Source: Acidobacteriaceae bacterium
GTDB lineage: Bacteria; Acidobacteriota; Terriglobia; Terriglobales; Acidobacteriaceae
DNA: 64,000 nucleotides
Reading direction: 5' to 3'
Assembly (NCBI GenBank): GCA_049977205.1
Contig: JBMFGT010000003.1
Location: 124,438 to 188,437 of the forward strand
Positions 8,973-17,674 of the stretch are shown in pieces. The position numbers and the translations under genes are program-made. Position 1 is the first letter of the stretch; each line of letters begins with the position of its first letter. The notes under the pieces are model-generated. The model searched no databases. It worked only from the letters and a program-made list of their open reading frames with translations, and was not told the origin of the DNA.

Positions 8973-8990
8973 GCGCCACTCTGGATGGCC
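8973..8990 (-). promoter_or_regulatory. candidate PyrR-binding RNA hairpin in the pyrR leader
   Basis: The minus-strand RNA reads GGCCAUCCAGAGUGGCGC. A GCCA/UGGC stem presents a UCCAGAG loop and matches the PyrR box core (A-R-UCCAGAG-A-GGC-U) except at 1-2 positions. It lies 41-58 nt upstream of the pyrR ATG. Confidence 0.5.
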
Positions 8991-8992
8991 CG

Positions 8993-9679
8993 TCAGAGGA
9001 TGGGCTGCGCGCCCTGCCGATGGCGATAGATCTGCGTCCCCAGCACCCCTCCGGCGATGGAAAGAAGCAGGATGATAAAGGCAATCAGGGCCATGCCCAG
9101 CAGCACCATTCCAGCGCGGCCCTCCGGGGAAAGCAAGAAGGCGATGGCCGCCGTCACCTGGGCCTGTGCCTCCGTGCCAGAGGCGGCGCGGTCCATGGCC
9201 TGGCGCACGGTGTTGGTCAGGGTCTCATCCAGCAATTTGCCCTGGTGCAGGCCGTACCGCTGCACCAGCAGCAGAACGGTGTTGCTAACCACGGCTATGG
9301 CCGCTGTCAACGTCCCCGTGACCACGCCAAGGCGCGCCCCCAGGCTGGGTTGCAACACGGCATACGGGACCCGACGATGATACAACGCTATCACCAGCAC
9401 GGCCCCGCCCATCACCCACAAAAGACTGCCCACGGCCAATATGGAGGAAAGCAGGCCCACGCCCAGCGAGACCAGCGCGGCAATCTGGATGGCGTACTTC
9501 CATTGAATGTCTACAGACCGCCCCGTCACCACCACGCGGGGACGGCCACCAGGACTTCCGTCCGCTGCGGTGCCGTCTGGCTCCGGTGGAGTGAAGCGCA
9601 ACTGCGGCGCCCCGCACTGCGGGCAAAAGCTCGCGTCGCGGGCAAGCGCATCTCCGCAGCGATGACAGACCAGGCCCAT
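8993..9679 (-). CDS. zinc-ribbon domain membrane protein (hypothetical)
   Basis: The N-terminus is CHRCGDALARDASFCPQCG (CxxC...CxxC), followed by about 4 predicted TM helices. Confidence 0.7.
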   Translation of the reverse strand: MGLVCHRCGDALARDASFCPQCGAPQLRFTPPEPDGTAADGSPGGRPRVVVTGRSVDIQWKYAIQIAALVSLGVGLLSSILAVGSLLWVMGGAVLVIALYHRRVPYAVLQPSLGARLGVVTGTLTAAIAVVSNTVLLLVQRYGLHQGKLLDETLTNTVRQAMDRAASGTEAQAQVTAAIAFLLSPEGRAGMVLLGMALIAFIILLLSIAGGVLGTQIYRHRQGAQPIL

Positions 9680-9737
9680 ACCTTGAAGCTACCTCAGCCC
9701 AGGCAGGTGGGGCAAACCGGCCCAGACCGGCTGGCAA

Positions 9738-10382
9738 CTAATTGGTCTCATGCCCATGCGGCAGTTCCACGTTGATGAGGGCAAACCGCGTCCCCGCACC
9801 GGCAGGCGAGGTAAAAGCAACGATATGCTGGTTGTTGGGAGAACCGGCGCGCAATTCCAGGTCCCCCGCATTGGACTGGGCCGTAATTTCCTTGACCGAA
9901 TCGTGGCCCTTGTTGGATTCCACATCGATGTTGACGTTGTAGTTGTGGTCGTCGCTACAAGTCAGTCCGTCCCGGGTCCTGACCAGCGTGCCAACGGCCT
10001 TGTTGCCTTGGCAGGTAAGCACGTCCCCATAACTCCCCAGGGCCTTCTGATAGAAGGCCGCGACCTTGTCCTGCGCGTCGCTGCTCTGATAATTCAGGAC
10101 CCGCACCCGTAAACGCCAGCCGACAAAACTCATGTCAACATCCGCAGACTTGTCATTATCCTTGCCGTTGGTCGGGGCAAGCACCGCCCCCGGATATACC
10201 GGCAGACCGACATCGGCTGGATGCACGTCGTTGGTGTGTACGTCCAGTCCGCCCACCAGCGTGCGAATGCGGACGGTGTCTTCGCCGCCGCTTTTCTTGT
10301 CTTGGACGGTGCAGGCCGTGGTGCTGAGCAATACGGCGGTCCCCGCAGTGAGGACAAATGCTTTGAAGATGGGTATCAACAT
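9738..10382 (-). CDS. hypothetical lipoprotein
   Basis: Signal peptide with a lipobox-like LLSTTAC, then a soluble domain with 3 further Cys. Confidence 0.65.
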   Translation of the reverse strand: MLIPIFKAFVLTAGTAVLLSTTACTVQDKKSGGEDTVRIRTLVGGLDVHTNDVHPADVGLPVYPGAVLAPTNGKDNDKSADVDMSFVGWRLRVRVLNYQSSDAQDKVAAFYQKALGSYGDVLTCQGNKAVGTLVRTRDGLTCSDDHNYNVNIDVESNKGHDSVKEITAQSNAGDLELRAGSPNNQHIVAFTSPAGAGTRFALINVELPHGHETN

Positions 10383-10549
10383 GGGCCAATTCTCCCTGCC
10401 CCATCATACGCAGCCGCGCCGCCCATTGTTCCCCTGGCGATGGGACTGTCTTCCGCAGGTACGCCGGTACGGCCCTGATTTGGCGCAAAGGCCCACGTTC
10501 CCGTATACTTGGAGATGCTGTAAACGCTGTTTTTTCAAGCAGGACAAGT

Positions 10550-10747
10550 ATGCCAAAATTAAAAACACACAGTGGCGCGGCCAAGCGCTTCAAAAAGACC
10601 GCTTCGGGAAAATTCAAGCGCGGCCATGCCACCATGCGGCACCTTCTGACCGCCAAGACCACCAAGGTAAAGCGCCATCTGGCCGCTTCCGCCTTGGTCT
10701 CTGACGCGGACCACGCGAAGATCGCCCGCATGGTCCCCTATGCCTGA
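10550..10747 (+). CDS. rpmI: 50S ribosomal protein L35
   Basis: 65 aa, starting [24 protein letters not shown]... Confidence 0.95.
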   Translation: MPKLKTHSGAAKRFKKTASGKFKRGHATMRHLLTAKTTKVKRHLAASALVSDADHAKIARMVPYA

Positions 10748-10922
10748 TCGGGCCTATAAAAAGGCCGGGCCGCACGCGTTCGCGGCCCCCCGGAACGCCC
10801 GTTAAGGGCCTCCGTGATCGCCCCAGGCAAGACAAGCGTGTGAAGAGGTAAACAGCGGTCCCCCAGGGACCGGCTCCTGCCTCCAGCCGCGGAACAAGCA
10901 ACGCAAAAAGGAGAGACACACC

Positions 10923-11309
10923 ATGCCCCGCGTAAAACGTGGCACCAAACGCAAAGATTACCGCAAGAAAATCCTCAAGCGGGCGAGCGGTTATTTTCTT
11001 AACAAGTCCAAGCTCTACCAGGCGGCGGAAGAGGCCGTCGAGCGCGGCATGAAGTTCGCCTATCGCGGACGCAAAGAGAAGAAGCGCCAGTTCCGCTCCC
11101 TGTGGATCGTGCGCATCGGCGCAGCCGCCAAGTTGAGCGGACTGAGCTATTCGCAGTTCGTCCACGGCCTGAAGCTGGCCAACATCGAGCTGGACCGCAA
11201 AGTACTGGCCGACATTGCCGTCCACGACGAGACCGGCTTTGCCAGCCTGGTGGCCCAGGCCAAGACCGCCCTCCAAAAAGCAAAAGACGAAAAACCAGCC
11301 GCAGCGTAA
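10923..11309 (+). CDS. rplT: 50S ribosomal protein L20
   Basis: 128 aa, starting [25 protein letters not shown]..., with AAAGGAGAG SD upstream. Confidence 0.95.
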   Translation: MPRVKRGTKRKDYRKKILKRASGYFLNKSKLYQAAEEAVERGMKFAYRGRKEKKRQFRSLWIVRIGAAAKLSGLSYSQFVHGLKLANIELDRKVLADIAVHDETGFASLVAQAKTALQKAKDEKPAAA

Positions 11310-11326
11310 GGTGCGATGGCTGCTGC

Positions 11327-11362
11327 AAACGGCGCGGCCTTTGGCCGTGCCGTTTCTGTTTT
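11327..11362 (+). terminator. intrinsic terminator/attenuator after rplT
   Basis: 13-bp stem (11327-11339 pairs with 11343-11355, one G-U), 3-nt loop, then CTGTTTT. Confidence 0.7.
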
Positions 11363-11457
11363 GGCATCGGAAGTCCTTCCTGACAATACAATTGGCTGGC
11401 GAACGCCACGCCTTGCGTGGATTTCTTCCGCTGTGATTTATCCTCAATAACAAGACA

Positions 11458-12561
11458 ATGACGCACGAAGAAATTCCGCAACTGGCCGCGCATGACGAGA
11501 CCACCCTCGACCGCGCCTTTCATGGCGTCCTCCAATCTGCACAGCAGGAGGCCGGACGCATCGCCACCTCAGAAGACCGCGAGGCGTTCCGCCTACGCTG
11601 GCTAGGACGCAAGCAGGGCCTACTGAAGAGCATCAGCGATGCCTGGCTGAAGACCGCTCCGGTCGAGGCAAAAAAGGCCATCGGCCAGCGCTTCAACCAA
11701 CTGAAGGAACAGATCGAGCAGGCGCTGGAAACCGGCGCAGCCACGGCAGGCAATGCTGCACGCGACGCCGAAGCCATTGACATCACGCTGCCCGGCATCC
11801 GTCCCGGAATTGGCGCGGAGCACCCACTCATCAAAACATTGCACGAGGTCATCGGCATCTTCGAGCGCATGGGCTACTCCGTCGGCGTGGGGCCGGAGGT
11901 GGAGACCGATTACTACAATTTCGAGGCGCTGAACTTCCCGCCTGACCATCCGGCGCGCGACACCCAGGACACGCTGGTCATCGCCCAGCAGGAGCAGAAA
12001 CCGCTGCGCGACCGCCTGCTGCTGCGCACGCACACTTCGCCGGTACAGATACGCACCATGGAGCGGCAACCGCCGCCGGTGCGCATCGTCATCCCCGGCA
12101 AGGTGCACCGCAACGATGCCGCGGACGCCACCCACTCGCCCATTTTTCATCAGGTGGAGGGCCTTTGCGTGGACACGAACATCACCTTCAGCGACCTGAA
12201 GGGCACGCTGGACCACGCGATGAAGGAGCTTTTTGGACCGGGCGTCAAGACGCGCTTTTTCCCATCTTTTTTCCCGTTTACAGAGCCGAGCGCCGACGTG
12301 CAGATCAGTTGCATCTTCTGCGCGGGCAAGGGCTGCCGCAAATGCAAGCACTCCGGCTGGATTGAGCTGCTGGGCTGCGGCATGGTGGACCCGGCGGTCT
12401 TTGGATTTGTGCGCGAAAAACAACCGGCCTACGACCCTGGAAAAATCTCCGGCTTCGCCTTCGGCATGGGCATTGACCGCATCGCCATGATGAAGTACGG
12501 CATCAGCGAGATCGGCCTGTTGTACTCCGGCGACATGCGCTTTTTGGAGCAATTTGCGTGA
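11458..12561 (+). CDS. pheS: phenylalanine--tRNA ligase alpha subunit
   Basis: 367 aa with class II aaRS motifs (HPARDTQDT, RTHTSPVQIR, FPFTEPS, GMGIDRIAM). Confidence 0.95.
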   Translation: MTHEEIPQLAAHDETTLDRAFHGVLQSAQQEAGRIATSEDREAFRLRWLGRKQGLLKSISDAWLKTAPVEAKKAIGQRFNQLKEQIEQALETGAATAGNAARDAEAIDITLPGIRPGIGAEHPLIKTLHEVIGIFERMGYSVGVGPEVETDYYNFEALNFPPDHPARDTQDTLVIAQQEQKPLRDRLLLRTHTSPVQIRTMERQPPPVRIVIPGKVHRNDAADATHSPIFHQVEGLCVDTNITFSDLKGTLDHAMKELFGPGVKTRFFPSFFPFTEPSADVQISCIFCAGKGCRKCKHSGWIELLGCGMVDPAVFGFVREKQPAYDPGKISGFAFGMGIDRIAMMKYGISEIGLLYSGDMRFLEQFA

Positions 12562-14690
12562 AGATACTTTCCTCCTGGTTGCGTTCTTTTTTGCCCGCGC
12601 TGGACGTGACGGACCGTCAACTGGCCGACGATCTGACGTTGCGCGGCATCGCCGTCGATGGCGTTTTTGATCTGGGTGCGGGCAACGGTTCGCTCTTGGA
12701 GATGGACATCACCACCAACCGTGTGGACGCCATGAACCACTACGGCATTGCGCGCGAGGCCGCAGCCATCTACGACGTCCCCCTGCTGCCGCTGGACACG
12801 GCCCTGCCCGTGGCCCGGCCTGCTGCACAGCCATTTCCTGTGCGCATCGAGGCGCCCGACCTCTGCGGACGCTTTACCGCGCGGGTGCTGCGCAATGTGA
12901 CCATCGCGCCCTCCACGGCGGAGGTCGCTGGCCGCTTTGCGCTGCTCGAACAAAAGCCAATCAGCAACGCCGTGGACGCAACCAATTATGTCACCCTGGC
13001 CATTGGCCAGCCCACGCACGTCTTTGATCTGGACAAACTGGAGGGCGGCATCGTGGTGCGCCGCGCCCACAAAGGCGAACGCCTGAAGCTGCTCGACGGC
13101 AGTGAGCGCACGCTGACACCCGACGACCTGGTGATTGCCGACGAGCGCAAGGCGCTTTCGCTGGCTGGCGTGATGGGCGGCTGGGAAACGATGATCACGC
13201 CTGCGACGAAGAACATCCTGGTCGAGGCGGCGTGGTTTGCTCCAGCTAGCGTGCGCCGCTCAGCGCGCCGTCACGGACTGCACACCGACGCCTCGCACCG
13301 CTTTGAACGCGGAGCGGACTTTGCCGCGCCACCCGTGGCCTCGGCCCTGGTCAGCCGCTTGGTGCTGGCCGCTGGCGGCTGGATGGAAGGCGGATTAGTG
13401 GACGTGGTTGTGCCGGAACAGGCCCAGCGCACCGTGGACCGCGCGCCCATTTCGCTGGCCGTGCGGGAAGTAGCGCGCATTTTAGGTGCCACAGAAGACG
13501 GTGCGCCGGTTCCTTCGGACACGATCGAACGCTATCTGGTCGCGCTGGGTTGCCGTGTGTCTAAGACCGCCGAGGAGGGATTTTCCATCCACCTGCCAAG
13601 CTGGCGGCTCGACCTGGAACGCGAGGTCGACCTGATTGAAGAGATTGCCCGCCTCTATGGCTACAATCGCTTCGCCAACACGCTGCCTGCATTTACTGGC
13701 AGCGTGGTCGAACTGCCGAGTGCAGCCAAAGAGCGCGCCGTGCGCGGCAAGTTGCTGGCGGCGGGGTACACCGAGGCCGTTTCCAGCTCCTTCTGTTCTG
13801 TAACCGAAGCAGTTACATTTACGCCGCTCCCAGGTTGCACGGTACCGCTGGGCAATCCGCTCAGCGAAGAGGCCGGGCATCTGCGGCCCTCGCTGCTGCC
13901 GGGGACGCTCGCCATGCTGGCGCACAACCTGGACCACGGCGTGGAAGACGCGCGGCTCTTTGAGATGGGCACCGTCTTCACCGGCGGAGTGGAGCGCGTA
14001 CAGGAGCGCCTGTCGCTGGCCATTGGGGCCACGGGCATGGCCCAAACAAGCGCACACACGCCCGCGCGCGCCTACAGTTTTTATGACCTGAAGGGCGTCA
14101 TCGAGGGACTGCTCTCCGGCTTTGCGGCGCGGTCCGCTTATTTTGACGCCTTCCCCGCAGATGCCGGTCTCATGCCGCAATGGCTGCATCCAGGCCGCGC
14201 GGCGCGCATCGTGGTGGATGGATGGACCATCGGCCATTTCGGCCAGCTTGCGGCGGAAGCAGCACAACACCACAAATTCAAACAGGGGGTTTTTGTCGGC
14301 GAACTGGACCTGGAGCGCCTCTTCCATCAAGAGTTGCGCCAGCCTGTAGCGCAGACGCTCTCCCGCTTCCCCGCCGTGGTGCGCGATTTCTCCTTCATCT
14401 TTCCAGACGACATCCGCTGGGAACAGATTGACAGCACCCTGCGCTCGCTCGACATTGCGGAGATGCGCCGCGTGGGGCCGATGGAAATCTTCCGTGACGC
14501 CAAAGGGACGACCGTGCCGCAGGGGAGCTACTCGCTGTTGGTGCGCGTGGTCTTCCAATCGCAGGAGCGCACGTTGCGCGAGGAAGAGGTCCAGGGCTGG
14601 GCCGGGCAGGTGATGGATTCGCTGGCGCGACTGGGCGGTGTGGCCCGTGACGCAGTAAATAGGACCGCTCCACGACGCGCCAGCCAGTGA
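12558..14690 (+). CDS. pheT: phenylalanine--tRNA ligase beta subunit (short form lacking the OB-fold tRNA-binding domain)
   Basis: 710 aa. The start overlaps the pheS stop. B1, B3/4, B5 and FDX-ACB-like regions are recognisable. Confidence 0.9.
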   Translation: MKILSSWLRSFLPALDVTDRQLADDLTLRGIAVDGVFDLGAGNGSLLEMDITTNRVDAMNHYGIAREAAAIYDVPLLPLDTALPVARPAAQPFPVRIEAPDLCGRFTARVLRNVTIAPSTAEVAGRFALLEQKPISNAVDATNYVTLAIGQPTHVFDLDKLEGGIVVRRAHKGERLKLLDGSERTLTPDDLVIADERKALSLAGVMGGWETMITPATKNILVEAAWFAPASVRRSARRHGLHTDASHRFERGADFAAPPVASALVSRLVLAAGGWMEGGLVDVVVPEQAQRTVDRAPISLAVREVARILGATEDGAPVPSDTIERYLVALGCRVSKTAEEGFSIHLPSWRLDLEREVDLIEEIARLYGYNRFANTLPAFTGSVVELPSAAKERAVRGKLLAAGYTEAVSSSFCSVTEAVTFTPLPGCTVPLGNPLSEEAGHLRPSLLPGTLAMLAHNLDHGVEDARLFEMGTVFTGGVERVQERLSLAIGATGMAQTSAHTPARAYSFYDLKGVIEGLLSGFAARSAYFDAFPADAGLMPQWLHPGRAARIVVDGWTIGHFGQLAAEAAQHHKFKQGVFVGELDLERLFHQELRQPVAQTLSRFPAVVRDFSFIFPDDIRWEQIDSTLRSLDIAEMRRVGPMEIFRDAKGTTVPQGSYSLLVRVVFQSQERTLREEEVQGWAGQVMDSLARLGGVARDAVNRTAPRRASQ

Positions 14691-14848
14691 AGCCGCTTGA
14701 TTTTTGTGAAGTTGGTGTAGGACACAAGCGAAGGGCATCCACGACGCCCACGCGAACAAACTTATCGTGGCTGATTGAATTTGTATTTCCGCCGCCTGGA
14801 CGGCCAGTCCCGCGATATACTGCGCGAAGAGTGTTTTCTCTGGACCCT

Positions 14849-15133
14849 ATGGACACGACCACAGTAAAAGGCCCCGAACTGGCCCTCGCCGTTGACACAT
14901 TTTCCGCCCTGGAAGAGCGCGTGGTGCGCACCATTGAGTTGCTGCGCTCGGAGCGCGAACGCCGCACCGCCGCTGAGAAACAATTGGCCAGCACCAAGGA
15001 AGAACTGGAGCTGCAAGCGTTGGAGACCTCCGAGCTGCGCAATGAGCTGGCCGCGCTGAACAAAGAACGCGACGCCGTGCGCCAGCGCGTAGAGCGCCTG
15101 CTGGAAAATCTGGACGCCATTGCCGCCCCCTAA
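14849..15133 (+). CDS. zapB: coiled-coil cell-division protein, ZapB-like
   Basis: Trimmed to MDTTTVKG... (94 aa). It is an uninterrupted heptad-rich helix (LEERVVRTIELLRSERERR...LRNELAALNKERD) directly upstream of zapA. Confidence 0.5.
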   Translation: MDTTTVKGPELALAVDTFSALEERVVRTIELLRSERERRTAAEKQLASTKEELELQALETSELRNELAALNKERDAVRQRVERLLENLDAIAAP

Positions 15134-15155
15134 ACCGGAAAACCAGGAGGTCCGC

Positions 15156-15530
15156 ATGGAGGCAAACCGCATGGGCCAAAATATGGACGCGCGCACAGAA
15201 GGCCCGGAGACCGACGCCCCGGGACGCGAAAGCATTGTGGTGGACATCTACGACCAGAGCTATCATCTGCGCGGCACGGACCCGAAGTATTTGCAGCAGT
15301 TGGCGGCACTGGTGGACGCCAAGATGCGCGCGGTCACGCAGCAGGGCACCACGGTCGACTCCCTGCGCGTCGCCGTGCTGGCGGCCTTGAACATTGCCGA
15401 TGAACTGGTCACGCTGCAACAGAAACACAGTGCGCTCGATGGCCCTGTCGAGGCGAACATCAAGGGCCGCACAGAGGTCCTGGCCGGGATGTTGGACGCC
15501 GCGCTGGAAGACCTGCGCAAGGCCGGATAA
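15156..15530 (+). CDS. zapA: cell division protein ZapA
   Basis: Trimmed to MEANRMG..., with AGGAGG at 15143-15148. The ZapA core is VDIYDQSYHLRGTDPKYLQQLAALVDAKM and LRVAVLAALNIADEL. Confidence 0.8.
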   Translation: MEANRMGQNMDARTEGPETDAPGRESIVVDIYDQSYHLRGTDPKYLQQLAALVDAKMRAVTQQGTTVDSLRVAVLAALNIADELVTLQQKHSALDGPVEANIKGRTEVLAGMLDAALEDLRKAG

Positions 15531-15568
15531 AAAAAAGCCTTTACTCCTTGGGAATGCTGTTTTTGCTT

Positions 15569-15805
15569 CCGGCTTGCCAATTGGGGCGCGCGCCGGTAGC
15601 ATCCAAGTTAGAAACCGGCCTGCAAAGCAGGTGTGGTGGTCTACGCTGGTTGAACCAACATTCAATGAACAGGGGCCCCGACTCGATCAATCGGTCCGGT
15701 GTGCTGTCCGCCAGTTCGGAATGCCTAAAGGGCCGCGGCGGGGTCCCACCGTCTTAGGACGGGTTCACCGGCGCGCTGCTGCACGGCCCAGCGGGTCGGT
15801 TTTCT
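15569..15805 (+). ncRNA. ssrS: candidate structured sRNA, possibly 6S RNA (ssrS)
   Basis: This fills most of the 285-nt non-coding gap downstream of zapA, the classical ssrS position. It has a long closing helix: 15569-15577 pairs with 15791-15799, 15582-15585 with 15787-15790, and 15588-15597 with 15767-15776. Internal hairpins and a UUUUCUGGUUU tail are present. At about 235 nt it is longer than a typical 6S RNA. Confidence 0.45.
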
Positions 15806-15815
15806 GGTTTCCGCC

Positions 15816-16616
15816 GTGTATCCACTCCTGTTTCATTTCGGCCCCATCACCCTCCCTACCGCTGGCGCTCTGGCTGCCGTGGCCCTGGTGGCGGGGCTTT
15901 CCCTGGCCATGCACACGGCACGCCGTCTGGGCCTCCATCCTGACCTCCTCTGGGACCTGGGCCTGGTGACGGTCTTCAGCGGCATCCTTGGGGCCAAGCT
16001 CCTGTTGGTAGGCCAGGACTGGCGCGATTTTCTACACTATCCGCTGCTGGTGCTCAGCCTTTCCACCACCCATGCGGACCATGCACGCGCCTTTGGCCTT
16101 TTGCTGGCGGTCCTGGCAGGCTGGGTCTATTTGCAGGCCAAGGGGATGCCGCTGTTGCGCACCCTGGACGCGGTTGCTCCGGCGTTGGCCCTGGGCGACG
16201 CCATCCTGCAATTGGGGGCCTTTGCGGCTGGCTCGGGCTATGGCACTCCCACCTCGCTCCCTTGGGGGGTGGTTTATAGCAACCGCATGGCCGCCTATGG
16301 GGCGGGAACGCCGCTGGGCGTCCGCTTGCATCCCACGCAAATCTACGCATGTTTGGTGGAGCTTCTGCTGTGCGCATTTCTTCTCTGGCTGCTGCCGCGC
16401 CGCCGTCAGGATGGAGAAGCAATGGGCGCATGGCTCTTTCTCAATGGACTGGCGACCTTCTGGCTCGGATTTCTTCGCTGCGCGCCGGAGCATGCTTTGT
16501 TCTTCGACGGCGTCTTCTCGTTGACGCAGGGCATTGCCTTTGCCATGGTCATCGCGGGCGCGCTGCTTTGGCTGGAACGCGGCAGACCGCGCAGGCAGGT
16601 GCTCCATGCCCACTGA
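15816..16616 (+). CDS. lgt: prolipoprotein diacylglyceryl transferase
   Basis: GTG start, 266 aa, polytopic membrane protein with the HPTQIY motif. Confidence 0.85.
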   Translation: MYPLLFHFGPITLPTAGALAAVALVAGLSLAMHTARRLGLHPDLLWDLGLVTVFSGILGAKLLLVGQDWRDFLHYPLLVLSLSTTHADHARAFGLLLAVLAGWVYLQAKGMPLLRTLDAVAPALALGDAILQLGAFAAGSGYGTPTSLPWGVVYSNRMAAYGAGTPLGVRLHPTQIYACLVELLLCAFLLWLLPRRRQDGEAMGAWLFLNGLATFWLGFLRCAPEHALFFDGVFSLTQGIAFAMVIAGALLWLERGRPRRQVLHAH

Positions 16617-17673
16617 AGAGATGGAGCGCCAATTTCCAGTAGATGAAAGCGCCGCTGGCCAGCGCCTGGACCAGTTCCTTACCCAGCATTGGGCCGAGGT
16701 CAGCCGCTCCCGCATACAGCAGATGATCGCCCGCGGCGCGGTCCTGGTGGATGGAAAACTGGCCAAGGCCTCCTGCAAATTGCGCGCAGGTGGGGCCGTT
16801 CGCGTGTTGGGTGGCCCCACGCCAAGGCCGCTGCACGCGGAGGCCGAGGCCATTCCGCTGGAAATCGTTTACGAAGATGCGCAGCTTGCGGTGGTCCACA
16901 AGCCTGCGGGCATGATGGTCCATGCTGGTTCCGGAGTCACCGACGAGGCGCGCAATCGCGGCACGCTGGTGAACGCCTTGCTGTACCACTTTGGGCAGGA
17001 GGGCGCGCTTTCCACCGTGGGCGGCCCGGTCCGCCCTGGCATTGTGCACCGCCTGGACAAGCAGACCAGCGGGCTGGTCCTGGTGGCCAAAAATGACCTC
17101 ACCCACCAACGGCTGGCGAAGATGTTCTCAGAGCACACAATCGAGAAGACCTACATCGCCCTGGTGCATGGCGCCGTGGCGCAAGAGACGGGCACCCTGA
17201 ATGCGCCCATCCGCCGCGACCGCAATCGCCGCACGCGCATGACCACGCGACGCGGCGACGGGGGACGCAGCGCCATCTCACACTACCGCGTGCTGGAGCG
17301 CATCACTGGGGCCTTTGGCAAATTCACCTTGCTGGAGGTGCGTATTGAGACGGGCCGCACCCATCAAATCCGCGTGCATCTTTCCTCCATCGGGCACCCG
17401 GTGGTGGGAGACACATTGTATGGCGCACCCCACAAGGTGCTGTCGGTGGCCACAGAAAAAGTTGGCCGCCCAGCGGCGCAACGCCAGAAACAGGCCCTAT
17501 CGGATGGCTTCGCGCTCGGACGCAACTTCCTCCATGCGGCCCGCTTGCGCTTTCTGCACCCGGAGACCGGCGGTCCCGTGGAATTTGCAGCGCCGTTGCC
17601 ACCAGAGCTGACGGACGTATTGCAACGCTTGCGCACTGGGGACACTGCAGGGACCGCTGGTAAAATGAAATAG
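16606..17673 (+). CDS. rluD: RluA/RluD-family 23S rRNA pseudouridine synthase
   Basis: Trimmed to MPTEEMERQ... It has an S4 domain plus HRLDKQTSGLVLVAK and GRTHQIRVH motifs. Confidence 0.88.
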   Translation: MPTEEMERQFPVDESAAGQRLDQFLTQHWAEVSRSRIQQMIARGAVLVDGKLAKASCKLRAGGAVRVLGGPTPRPLHAEAEAIPLEIVYEDAQLAVVHKPAGMMVHAGSGVTDEARNRGTLVNALLYHFGQEGALSTVGGPVRPGIVHRLDKQTSGLVLVAKNDLTHQRLAKMFSEHTIEKTYIALVHGAVAQETGTLNAPIRRDRNRRTRMTTRRGDGGRSAISHYRVLERITGAFGKFTLLEVRIETGRTHQIRVHLSSIGHPVVGDTLYGAPHKVLSVATEKVGRPAAQRQKQALSDGFALGRNFLHAARLRFLHPETGGPVEFAAPLPPELTDVLQRLRTGDTAGTAGKMK

Positions 17674-17674
17674 A

